Source: Lama glama
Taxonomy: Eukaryota
Length of the DNA: 64,000 bases
Direction of reading: 5' to 3'
Assembly (NCBI GenBank): GCA_028534125.1
Contig: CM052816.1
Location: forward strand, 53,322,001 to 53,386,000
The position numbers and the translations under genes are program-made. Every line of letters starts with the position of its first letter. Within the stretch, counting starts at the first letter, position 1. Below, one piece after another: positions 25,787-37,456 of this stretch. The notes beneath the pieces were generated by a model, which was given only the letters and a program-made list of their open reading frames with translations, did no database searches and was not told where the DNA came from.

Positions 25787-25878
25787 TACACACAAGGAAT
25801 ATAGCCAGTATTTTGTAATAACTGTAAATGGAAAGTAATCTTTCAAAATTGTATAAAAATTAAAAGTTTAAAAAAAAG
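25787..25878 (+). mobile_element. Very short L1 3' end with A-tail
   Basis: tacacacaaggaatatagccagtattttgtaataactgtaaatggaa followed by an A-rich tail. Degenerate TSD aagaatgagtggg / aaaagtgagttggg. Confidence 0.65.
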
Positions 25879-26149
25879 TGAGTTGGGGGCCTAGAATGTT
25901 CTTCCTGTAGCTCGTGCTACCTTACTCACCTGGTCCTATAAAAATCAGTAACACCTCTTGTAGAAACCTCTTTCCAGTCTTGGATCATGGGCTCTTCTTT
26001 GAGCCCTCGTGGTCAAGGGCTGTGTTGTCACTTCCTGTTTGTGGTCAGTGTTCTCTACGGGCCTCCTTGAAGGGAGGAGCTTTGTATGTTCATCATTTTA
26101 TCCCCCCTGGGCCTGACCCATAGTTTTCACTCTGTAATATTAGTTGGTT

Positions 26150-26290
26150 GAGCCATGAGCCTCAGTATTTTCAACTGTAAAATGGGGTTGACAGTAACGC
26201 GGCCCTTCTCAGGGTGTCTCTGAGCATGAGATGAGATCATCTATGTCAAAATGTGGGTCAACTGTAAGGAGCTGTGCAAATAGAGGTCAT
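26150..26290 (+). mobile_element. MIR fragment
   Basis: tgagcctcagtattttcaactgtaaaatgggg...ctcagggtgtctctgagcatgagatgagatca. Confidence 0.75.
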
Positions 26291-28477
26291 TAGAATAACC
26301 TGCAAGGAGGTGGGAGAGAAGTCCCAAAGAGGGACACATAAACCTCACCATTCTGGATGTTTTCCTGGGGCCTGTTCTAAGTGATTACACATAGAAGTCA
26401 TTATACACAGGACTTTGCTCTGTCTTTCTACCATGATCCGTTGCTCTGTGTAAACCTGAAGGGACTTAACCCCTTAGGTGTTCCCAGAGTTCATCATTCT
26501 GTAGAACGAATAGCCAGAGGGAGGAAAATCAGATACTAATTCTCACAGGATCTGTTTGATAACCGATTTGGTGGATAACTGCATTAACTGTTAAGGTTAA
26601 GAGCAGAAATCAGCAGGAATTTGCTCATTACCTACATGGACCATAGTCGAACAGGAGACTGTAGCAGATTGTGGAAGAGATGCCAGTCACTTCCTCCCCT
26701 CTCACATCTGCTCATTCTAGAACCTGCTTCCCCTTCTAGCCCTGTTCTCAGCTGTTTGGACAGGGATGGAGAGCCATGCTCAAACCTGCTCACCTCAGAG
26801 AGGTAAGGTCCTGATAGGGCTGTGCCATTTGGATTGTCAAGAGTTGAAACAGAGACAGTGAGGAAGAGTCTACCTTGGAAACATGAATGAGGGGGCCATA
26901 CTGGTCTAGACTTGAAGCACAGGTGCACGTCAAAGCAAGGAGAGCCAGATGAGGTGCCTTGTCTGTGACCACATCCATTGTCACCATGCCAAGCTCAACT
27001 CCAAGAAAGGCTATGTCATTTAAAAGGTTGCTGAAATGTAATGGGAGTGAAGAGGATCAGAAAGCAACACACTTGTATTTAAACACGACAGGAAGAAAGA
27101 TAAATAGCAAAAGAAATAGTGTTCACTTATGGTGAAGGCTGGAGCATGCAGCAATAAGCCATCAGAAAGTTTTTGAAAATCCTGAATAGAGTTTTTAGGC
27201 TGGCTTAAGGTCTTTAGAGAGTAATGATGCTGGCATCTTATTATGTTCTTTCAGTTTATGAAAAATAAAGTGCCTGAGGTAAAAGTCAATGTCCTATGAA
27301 TGGTGGAAAATGGAGGTAAAAAGGACTCATGTCCAAGATCAAAACTGGAGAGAGGAAAGAAGTGGTGAGGAAGGAACAGAGGAAATGTTATTATTCGAGC
27401 TTCTCATCTGGGCCATTTAGTTTGGCCACTATCTGGAGTCAGTGGGAAGAAGGATTTTGATGTGGGTCGGGGGTGGCAGAGTTGGCTCTGACCATGCACA
27501 GCTCTCTAAGTCCTATTCACAACTGAGTTGTGCCTACTTGGAGATAGTATTTCTCTTTGAGAGAAAGGGGGATTCACAGGAAATCTGGATCTGCTGTCAC
27601 AATGTAAACATAAAAGATCAAGCTGCACTTATAAGACTTGTATATGGTTCATCTTTGAATGTCAAGACTTCCCAAAGGCTTTTGCTCTGTCCTTGTATTT
27701 GGACTATTTTTGCAGATAGAGCTTCAAAGCTTCTCCTCTTATAAGGTCCTAGAATCTTTATTCATCCTCCTGCTCTCTTGTCCTTTGCCATCCCTTAATC
27801 TTTTTTCTTCTTTTTTCCAAGTACTGTATTGTTTTTTCACTTTTGCTTTTCTATCAACCTCGTTTTTACTTTTTAGAAAATTTCTTTTTCAATTTTTTCC
27901 ATCTGTAAAAATAGCTGGTCTTCTGAAACAAGCAGTCAGGGAGAAAGAAGGCAATCTCCTTTACAGAACAACGTCAGGCTCATTTTTATGATTGTATCTA
28001 CCTTGCTTGCTTTTTGGCACACTCGTTACACCATTGTGGTATTTCAGGTCCACCACGTATTAGATAAGAATGTGAAAAGTTTAAAAGAACTGTAACCCTA
28101 AGGCCATTTGCAAAGTGTTCATTCTGTAAGTACAAAGTTTAAGTGAGTTTGAATGTCAGCTTATCTCAGATTCCCATTTGTTCTTCATTTAAGTGAAATA
28201 TGCTCAATTTATTGTTCTAATCTTGTGTTGGCTGAAGTCAGGACCTGCCTGAACATTTGTGGTTCTTCTCTAAGTCTGTACCTTTCCCAGTGACTGCCTC
28301 CTCATAGCTCTTCTCTGTGATCCAAGAGTCTTCTTTACTTGCCAAACTCATATTACGTGGGGAGATTGGTGGTGCTGGTGGTTTTCTTTTTGGCTACTTC
28401 TTTACTTTCACAAATCAAAAATAAGCTATGTAATACTCTCAGGCAGTAGGTAATCAAATCTATCCTTTTTTTCCCCT

Positions 28478-28605
28478 TTAATCAAATGCTCAGTGAGTGC
28501 CTACCATGAGCCAGGTACTGTGTTTGATTCTGGGGATGTGGTGTTGACAATCATAGAAACAGTGACAACAATGCACCTGCTCTCATGGTGCTCATAGTCT
28601 AGCAC
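28478..28605 (-). mobile_element. L2 3' end
   Basis: tgagtgcctaccatgagccaggtactgtg...ctggggat...cctgctctcatggtgctcatagtctag. Confidence 0.75.
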
Positions 28606-29954
28606 ATGTGTCACAAGGAGAGGTACTGAGAGGACTCAGATGCAACCCCTGGAGGCTGAGTTTAACACCAGACTCAAAGAAGAAGATGGCATTATTCAGA
28701 GATTTAGTTGGAAAATACTTTATTACATCCTCCTGAGGCTCATTCTTGATATTACTGTTAAATTTAGGACTATTTTTTTCTTATTCTCAACAGTTGTGAA
28801 GACATTTTGCTTAGTATCCTCCTAATGGGAACTCTCTATATTTTAGTAGAAGAGCTATCAAGCTGCCCTTTTCCTGTTTTTCTGTTATACCATCTATCTC
28901 TTGAAGGTCTTATTTGGAAAGAGTTCTTGCAGAGCTCATGGATATTGTCAAGCATCTAACTTGTCCCTAGGGGCTTCCTTGACTCCAGAGAGAATTGACC
29001 GTTAGGGTATGTCCTGAAAAATTGTGGACAAATCTTGAAAAAGATATTTTTAATTTTCAAGCATAGGGGAAAGATTATGTTTTGGAAGTATAACATGCAT
29101 TTTCTTTAAATAATGCATTTGCTCATTTGGGCTACTAGGTTCAAGGAGCCCTAAGAAATATATTTTTCATCAGCAACTACTCCAGCCCAAAATCATACTT
29201 GGTTTTGTGCAGCATCCAAAAGAAGTTCAGTGCCTGACCTTATATAAACAAAGTATTTGTTACTATCATTATTTTAAGCAGGGCAGTTGTTGCAGCCCTG
29301 TGTTACTAATGGCCTTTTGCTGAAGATAATGGCTGACTCTATATGTTTAAGCCCTTAATAGTACCTGGAATCCTCCAATGTTACATCTTCGTTTCCATGA
29401 TCTGTTTTGAACATTCCCATCTCATCACCTCTTGGGGAAGCTTACCAGTACATACAACAAGCCTAGTGCCTCTACCTTGTGAGACCTTTTGGGTCTTTGA
29501 AGTTCACTGCTCTGCAGAAATCCCCATTTTCCTTAAGAATTCCTTATTTATTATCCTGGTTGCCTGCTTCCCAATCCAACTGAACAATATATCCTACATT
29601 TCTTCCCTTGCTGTATCTCTTACATTGTCCCCCCCCCCTTTTTTTTTCCTCTTCCAACACATGTACCTGTACTTCTGTGAAAACTCACTACCTCTCCATA
29701 GACATGATCAGACAGTTGAAAGTTAGGGGAACGTAAGAACATCAGATTGTCTTTTGGAAAACGTAGGAACAAAACAGTGGGTATCATCACTGCAATCTTT
29801 TTGGGGCAGGATTCGACATGACATTTAGTTTTAGCTTCATCTGCAATTTGCATAACAGACTGGGACTAACACCTGTGGACACAGGAAAGCAGTATGCCTC
29901 TTGCAAGTCTAATTCTGCTGGTTCCAGGCAGAGCAAGTATCTGATGTAGAAACA

Positions 29955-30430
29955 CTTCTCTATCTCTTAGAAATTCTCCCTTCCTTAAAAACCACCAATG
30001 GCTCCCCATTGCATGAAGTATAGAATCTAAACTTCTGAGCCTTCCAAGCACTAAATATATACCAGTGAAATTTGTCTAAATTATTTCTTACTTGTCCTCC
30101 CCAAAATAAAAGTTTGTGCTTTTCTGCCTTTCCTCTTTGGTTACGGCTGTTTCCTCCGTCTGAAATGACTTCTTTCTTCCCTCTGCCTGGCAAAAACTAG
30201 CAATTCTCAACACTGATCACCTGGCCCAATCATCTGTGAAACTTAAAAAAAAAAAGAAAGAAAGAAAAAGAATTCAGCAACTATATCCCCAATTTCGGGG
30301 TAGAGCCCAACACATATATTTTTCTAAAATGCATTGAAAAATAAATAAGTAAATAAATAAAATGCATTGAGAACCACTATCCTGCCTACTCTGTTAATAC
30401 TCAGGTCAAATCCTACCTTTTCTGGGAAGA
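29955..30430 (+). mobile_element. L2 fragment interrupted by a MER5-like insert (about 30200-30380)
   Basis: L2 part: cttaaaaaccaccaatggctccccattgc...ctgtttcctccgtctgaaatg...ctcaggtcaaat. The insert is bounded by caattctcaac...ttgagaaccact. Confidence 0.55.
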
Positions 30431-30579
30431 CTTCCGTGGCCATGCCGGGGAAGAAAGTCCTTCCTGCTTGCCAGGATGAGTGTGGCAGCTAACACTTGTA
30501 GCCTTATGTGACCCTAAGTTAGCTCAGAAGCTCAGTGACCATGAAACCAAGTCTTGTAACATTTTACTCTCAGGCCACT

Positions 30580-30982
30580 AGTGCAACCAAGTCCCCCTGA
30601 AACTGAGTTCCCTAACTGAGTTTATGATTAATCCCTCTATCCAAAACTTTCTTCCCCTTTCTTGTCCTACCCTACTCCCCTCAGGATTGAGAAGTATCAA
30701 AGAAAAGGGGTGGGTTGAAACTGAGCAGGACCTTGTAGAGTTTTACAGGTACAAAGGCCCCCCATGTCCCCCGTTTCTTGTCTGTAGAAACAAAAGGCTT
30801 CTGTGTCCAAGGCCCTCCCCCGGGCCCAGGGAGCAGGCTCGGCAAGTGGCTAGGTGAAGGATTCAGACAGGAGCATCCCAGCCCCTCCCGAAGGCACACA
30901 GACAACAAGCTGACACATATCGTTGAATTGTTCTGGACAAACTAAGACTCCAACCAGGGTGGAGGGTGGTGACTACATGCTG
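30580..30982 (+). mobile_element. ERV1-class provirus 3' remnant: internal end, polypurine tract and truncated 3' LTR (from 30716)
   Basis: PPT-like aaagaaaaggggtgggt (30699-30715) sits immediately before TGAAACTGAGCAGGACC...gtacaaaggccccccatgtcccc. The left boundary is uncertain. Confidence 0.6.
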
Positions 30983-31059
30983 TTTTCCATAAGGCGGCAC
31001 CAAACTACATTCCCACCAACGGAGTAGGAGGGTGCCCTTTTCTCCACACCCTCTCCAAC
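30983..31059 (-). mobile_element. Short internal L1 fragment
   Basis: ttttccata...gcaccaaactacattcccaccaacggagtaggagggtgcccttttctccacaccctctcca is the reverse of the L1 ORF2 3' region. Confidence 0.8.
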
Positions 31060-32109
31060 TGGGGTTTTTGTCTGTTTTTTGTTTGTTTGTAGCTTCCTTT
31101 CTTATCTCTGGACCCTTTAGCCTAAAGACTTATGTTAACTCCTGCTAAGGGTAAGGTTTGGTAGGTTTTAAGCAAAGACATAGAGCAGCTCTGGCAACAA
31201 CTTGAGTCTACAGGGATGGTTTAAGGATATTAAAGGAGAGATCCCAGACTTGAATAGGGCGCTGGAAGTAAGATGAAATACAGGAAAGGAGCTGCTCCAA
31301 GATGGAGCTGGAGGAGGAACTGGGATTCGAGGGGAAGAGGAAGCAGGCCTGCCTCAGAGAAACAGATAAGCTTCTTGAGTCATGTTTAATCATTCATGAG
31401 ATACTTGAGTACCAGACTTACATATTAATTGATTCCTATTATTCCCTTTCCTAATTTCCCAGAGTACTTAGGCATTTAAAAATTGGTGGAGCTTCCGTGC
31501 TATACTGGAGTGAAAGGGGTAAAGCGAGGGACCGCTGCCCGGGGCCCTGTCTGCTGACAGCCACCTAGTCTCCAACCTCTGTCCCACACTCTGCAGACTT
31601 GCCTGAGGCAGGCCAGCCAGGCAGGAGACTTTGAAAAGTCACCCAAAGAAAACTGTAGAAAGAAGCCTTCTGTTTGGGAACAGCCTGGGGTGCCTGTTTC
31701 ATCACAAACCCTTCCATTTCTGTGATTCTGCAAGTGATAGATATTTTTTAAACAGAGAAACTGGATCTTTTCGATAACACATTCACTGAAACATTCCCAC
31801 CCTCCCACAGCTGGAAGAGTCCTCCGGCCAGAACATTTGATTAGAAACAAATTAAGAAAACTCAGACAGTCTGCTGGCCCAGGGAGTCCCTCTTGCCTCC
31901 CTGAGTCGGTAAGACCCCCGGGGCCTCTCACTCAGCCGTCCTTTGGACCTAAGAAGGAAGCCACCCAAATCCGGCGACTGTGCCCGCTTCCTGCCCTGAA
32001 AATCCTCTGTCTCCAAACTTCTCCCCTCAGTTCTCTGAGCACTGGCTTTGTGGTTTTGCAGGCTGGGGCTTATAAAAGAAGCCTGAGATGTAACCGCCAC
32101 TTCCTGTGT

Positions 32110-32310
32110 GCCCCCTGGGACCAAGCCCTGTAGCTGCTCTGCGCTGAGCTCATTTAGATGTCCATCCTCACAACCCCGTGAGATGGGTGTCATCATACCA
32201 ATTCTAGAGGGTAGAAAACCGAAGCACTGAAACGTTCAACAAGGCGCCTGCTGACATTTGGGAACAAGTGGAAAATGGGGGCTTCCAGCCCAGGCTGTCT
32301 GTGCTGAGGA
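32110..32310 (-). mobile_element. MIR
   Basis: ctcattt...atcctcacaaccccgtgagatgggtgtcatcataccaattctagaggggtagaaaaccgaagcactga. Confidence 0.7.
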
Positions 32311-32384
32311 GTAATAATAGCAGCTGTGATACATTGTGTATTTATTACCTGCCACGTATTGTCACAAGCACTCGGCATGTGCGT

Positions 32385-32434
32385 CCTCATGCATGCTAAG
32401 CATGTGCTCTGCCACTTGAGCTATACCCTTCCCC
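32385..32434 (-). mobile_element. Camelid tRNA-Ala-derived SINE (Vic-1-like), 5' head only
   Basis: The minus strand reads GGGGAAGGGTATAGCTCAAGTGGCAGAGCACATGCTTAGCATGCATGAGG, which is an A box plus the tRNA-Ala(AGC) anticodon arm. The B box and tail are absent. Confidence 0.85.
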
Positions 32435-33037
32435 AGATTTAAAAAAATTTTTAAGTCAAGTAGCAATAAAGAAGGATCTTTCTGCTGGTATACATTATTC
32501 TAATTCATATAGTTTAGCAAGGATTTTTGAGCACCTGCTGTGCTTGTGTCTCGATGACACAGGCGTCTCAGCCTTGTCCTGAGAAGTCTGTATCTGGTGC
32601 AGGATGGCAGGGCTGCGAGCTCTTCTCACCGCCACCGCCCAATCCTGGGGAAGCAGCCTTAACCCAGCCTGGCTGGGCGAACTTTCGAAGGAAACAGAGG
32701 CTTCTGTTGTACACTTCAGCCCACCTACTTTCTGCATCCTGCTCCTATTGCCCTGCCACATTTCTGACAGATTGAAGGGAGTTTAATATCTTTAAACAAA
32801 AAATGCCTCTCTCCCTGTCACTCAACATCAAGTGCTCCTTAAAGCTGAGCCACTCCACTGCTAATCATTAACAAATAACTTTGAATGTATTATTGATCCT
32901 TTTCTATGTATTCTTTATAGAAATTAAATCAGTGTGATATATATGTGTACATACAAAGGAAAAAAGCCTTCCCTTTCTATTTTTCAATCTCATCTTTTTT
33001 TTTTCACTTTTGCAAGATAAACCACTGGATTTTAATA

Positions 33038-33720
33038 CAGGAGTGGAACTGTGTCATGTTTAACCCTACATTCAGCTTTTTGAGAAACTGCCAAACTGTC
33101 TTCCAAAGCAGCTGTATCATTTTACATTCCCACCAGCCATGACTGAAGGTTCCAACTTCTCACTCTCCTTACCGACACGTTGTTTTCCCTTTGTTTTTTA
33201 CTGTAACTACCCTAGGGTGTATGAAGTGCTGTCTCATTATGGTTTTGATTTGCATTTTCCTAATGACTAATGATGTTGAGCATCTTTTTATGTGCTTATT
33301 GGCCATTTGTATATCTTTGGAGAAATGTCTGTTCAGATCCTTTGTCTATTTTTAACTGGTTTGTTTGTTTTTTTGTTATTGAGTTAAAAGAACTCTTTAT
33401 GTCTTGGATACTAGACCCTTATCAGATATATGATTTGCAAATATTTTTTCCCATTCTGTGGGTTATCTTTTAACTTTCTTGATAGTGTTCTTTGATGCAC
33501 AGAAGTTTTAATTTTTGATGAAATGTAACATCTATTTTTCTTCTGTTCCTTTTGGGCTGCAATGTCTAAGAATTCATTGTCAAATGCAAGCTCTTGAAGA
33601 TTTACTCCCATGTTTTCCTCTGAGAATTTTATCACTTTAACTTTCACGTTTAGGTCTTTAATCCATTTTGAATTCATTGTTTTATATGGTGTGAGATGAG
33701 GGTCCAACTTACTCTTCCAC
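33038..33720 (-). mobile_element. L1 ORF2 C-terminal fragment (L1MA/MB)
   Basis: ORF 33411..33707 (-) DPHLTPYKTMNSKWIKDLNVK...EENMGVNLQEL...NEFLD matches L1 ORF2p. It is frameshifted. Confidence 0.92.
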
Positions 33721-35444
33721 TTTAAGAGGTTACTGTAAACTGGTCATGAGATACTGAATGAAGAGGAAGACTTGGGTCAGTAGGCACTTGGTCGCTTCTG
33801 GAACTTCCTGCTCAGTGAATTATTTCATCATGATTCTGTCTCAATGGGGGATATTTTCTAACATAAGTTCTCTCAAGATATAAATAAAATTACACCTAGA
33901 AATGAATCTTTTAAAAGCATTTCCTCACAATCCCACTGACATACAGAATGTTTGGTGGGATTACTTTATTAGAAAAATGGCCCAGAGTTAAATCATGGTC
34001 CTTCCTAGGGCTTGGATAGTAAATTGTGAGATAAGAAATCAACCTTTGGTTCTGCTACTCCACCACTACCTGACATGGCTCGAGATAATAACTGAACCTT
34101 CACAGCTGCAGTTTGAACTTTGTAAAATGCTATCAACTATTGCTAATAATTTCCATAAAGTGTGAGATTTGGGGTTTAAAAATATAATAAAACTTTGAAT
34201 TCATTGAAATCCAATGAATGCATATAAACAAGCATTATTAAACAGCTTTATTTTGCAATATTGAGAAATGAGAGACATTAGTACGTTTCCTCGAGGTTTT
34301 TTCACAAGCTAGCTCCTTGAAGAACACAGTAAATGCACTGTCTCTTGCATTAAAATGTCAGCAGGTTGCTGTCATTGCTACCTGCAGGCATTGGCAGATT
34401 TTCTTTGCTTATAATGTCAGGAGCTTGGAAACTTTGGAAAGTGTTCTGAGCTAAGAAAGAGAAGCTGTGCTCCTGGACCACAGCCAGTTTTAGACAAAGA
34501 ATAAGAAAGATTTAACAATTTGTTTTCTAAATTTGAAATGCTTCTCCTGAATTCCATTTTTGTTATCAGTAAACACGGCAGTTGGTTTTTCTTTGGAGGT
34601 CTCTGGGGTGAAAATGCTCTGTAAATAATTGTTTATTTTTGAATAGGCATATTGTATTATCTTTCATTCTAAGCTGAAGTGGCTAGATTCTATCAGGTCA
34701 AAGAAAGTTCAGGTTTCTAAGGAAACTTTGCACTGACAGATAAAATCCCACGTTAGAAGACACAGAGATGGTTTCTGACGTAACTTTATTTTTAGGATAT
34801 GTTTATGGATTATTTTTTCATGTTAATTTTGATCCCATCGGCAATCAATAAATGCATTAAGAGCTGCACCGAAACTTTATTTTGACTTAAGAGTCAATAA
34901 TTCCATTAGGATTTGAAGGCCTTATCTGGTTTACAAAGTTATGAGGATTTGTAAAGTAGTATTTTGTATAACTGCAAAAGGGCAACTCAAAAGAAGGGAA
35001 ATTCTCTTTTTACTTGTTATTAAGTTGACCTAGCTAAGGAGAGGGTGCCCGCCAGGAGTACTGATTTAGACCACTAGTAGGTTTCACATGTCCCCATAAT
35101 AAATGACAATGATATTTGATTTAACTCAACCTAGGCAAACTTCTGAAGATAGTTTCCCAGCCTCTATTAAAACCTGGATCATAAAATCCCCCAGGAGAGT
35201 CTTTCCTACAGCCTGTTGGCTGACATTTTTCGTCTGGCTAGAAAGCATGCAGTATGCCAAGATTTTTCAGCACCATCTAGTCCAACTTGGTGTAGTCCAA
35301 GTTATTGAGACAAAAGCTGGTGTCTTCTAGTGCCTGAAGGCCTGTTCTTGGCTTGAGTACCAAGGAAGGTACAGCTAGGCCCAAATCCCCAGTCTGGTGG
35401 CAAAGGGATGGATCTGTTTCTCAAAGTGGTGGCACCATTGACAG

Positions 35445-36210
35445 CCTCACCAACAAAATTTGAAAGTTTCAATTTCTCCATTTCCTACCAACGCTTGTTA
35501 CTATCAATCTTCTTCATTTTAGTTATCCTGGAATGTGTAGTGTGGTTTCATTTGCATTTCCCTGATTACTAATGATGTTGAACATCTTTTCAGGTGCTTA
35601 ACGGCCATTTGTATATATTCTTTGGAAAAATGTCTATTTAGATTCTTTGCCCATTTTTAATTTTATTATTATTTTTATTGACTTGTAAGCATTCTTTATA
35701 TATTCTAGATACAAATCCTTTATCAGATACATGTTTTGCAAATGTTTTAACCCATTTTATGTTTTTTTTTCACTCTCTTGATGGTGTCCTCTTTTCACAT
35801 AAAAGTTTTTAGTTTTCATGAAGTACAATTTATGTGTTTTTTCTTTTGTTACTTATAATTTTGGTGTCATAGCTAAGAAGTTATTGCCTAACCCAAGGTC
35901 ATGAAGATTTACTCTTATGTGTTCTTCTAAAAGTTTTATAGTTTTTGCTCTTACATTTAGGCGTATGATCCATTTTGAGCTAATTTTTTGGTATGGCATG
36001 AAGTACGGGTTCATATTCATTGTTTTCCATGTGTGTATCCAGTTGTCCTAGCACCATTTGTTGAAAAGATATTCTTTCCCCACTAAAATGTCTTGGCTCT
36101 TTGTTGAAAATCAGTTGACCATAAATATGAGCGTTCATTTCTGGACTTCCAGTTTTACTCCATTGATCTACGTGTCTATCCTTATGCCAGCCCTACAGTG
36201 TTTTGATTCT
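35445..36210 (-). mobile_element. L1 ORF2 fragment (L1MB-like)
   Basis: ttgcatttccctgattactaatgatgttgaacatcttttca...ttgcctaacccaaggtcatgaagattt...ccagttgtcctagcaccatttgttgaaaaga. Confidence 0.9.
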
Positions 36211-36334
36211 CATATCAGTTTTAAAAAACAGAATAGGAAAGCTATGTATCGGTAAGCTGGAAAGAGTGTGGTCTCCTTGAATTGGAAGAAGATTCTTCTT
36301 GCAGGAATATGGATGTCAGGGAAGGGGATACACA

Positions 36335-36570
36335 TCTACTGAGAACTGTTTTATATTAGGCACTACCGTAGACTCCTTCACACATACTGTAATAACAATC
36401 ATGTAATAGTTGTAATAACCCCATGCAATAGGTAGTATTATCTTCATTTAAAGGCAAGGAAACTAAAGTTTGGAGAAGTTAAGTAACTTGCCTAAAATAA
36501 TTTAGTAACTAGTGGAGGAGTGGGATTTGTACATAGTCCTTAGGACTTCAAACTCATGGTCTTTTCATAA
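36335..36570 (-). mobile_element. MIR
   Basis: ataggtagtattatcttcatttaaaggcaaggaaactaaagtttggagaagttaagtaacttgcctaa...gggatttg. Confidence 0.8.
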
Positions 36571-37240
36571 AAAGGAGCTTTTCTTACCACACATTTAGTG
36601 AACACAAATTGAATCTGAAGGCACTGGAGGGACTTGAATCCATTAATCTCAAATGTTTTTCTCATGACACTCTAGGAAATTAAAGGGGTACTTGTAACTA
36701 TTTTGAGACAGCTGTCTAACAGTAGAATTTCACAGGATATTTTAAGAAATCACTCTTCAACTATAAAAACTAGTTTTATGGTTCATTTTAATTTCACAGC
36801 TTATGTTATTCTCATTTATGTGGCCTCAAAAGAGATTGAACATTCTTCTGTATGATTAGCATAGCACAATGCCATCCTGTTGGAAGAAAAGCTAGAACTA
36901 ATCTCAGCTATGTGGGTGGATTAGCCTTGTCCTCAAGCTTGTTTTCGTTGAAAATCTTCCCAAGGTTGCTCTGAAATGAATACAGGTCACAGTTGTCAAA
37001 TGAGTTCTATGTGAAATAATAGAAGATTTAGAATTGAGAAAGATTTGTGAAGTCAATGAAGAAATGGCATTTTTTGCATAAGTCGGTTAATACAAGACTC
37101 CTTTATTTTTCTTTTCTTAAGTGAGGGCACAGAGAGTATCCTCTGGGTCCCAGAGTCTGGATAGAAGTTAAGTTTAGATAATCCAGTTTCAGCCATGACA
37201 GAAACACAGTCTAGACAATGTCATCTCTTATTAACTTTTT

Positions 37241-37456
37241 AAAAAAATTATTATTGAAGTATAGTTGATTTACAATGTTGTGTTAGTTTCTGGTGTATAG
37301 CATAGTGATTCAGTTATACATATATATGTATTCTTTTTCATTATAGGTTATTACAAGTTATTGAATATAGTTCCCTGTGCTGTACAGTAGAACCTTGTTT
37401 ATTCTGTAAACAGCAGTTTGTATCAGCTGATCCCAAGCTCCCAATTATCTCTCCCC
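37241..37456 (-). mobile_element. 5'-truncated young L1 3' end (camelid/cetartiodactyl type) with long TSD
   Basis: ttgaagtatagttgatttacaatgttgtgttagtttctggtgtatagcatagtgattcag...gaatatagttccctgtgctgtacag. TSD TCTCTT(A/G)TTAACTTTTT at 37224-37240 and 37457-37473. Confidence 0.92.

Noticed and set aside
32385..32434. tRNA-Ala(AGC) gene
   Set aside because: There is no T-arm/B box or 3' acceptor stem. It is a SINE head.
33411..33707. 98-aa ORF as a host gene
   Set aside because: It is a frameshifted L1 ORF2p fragment.
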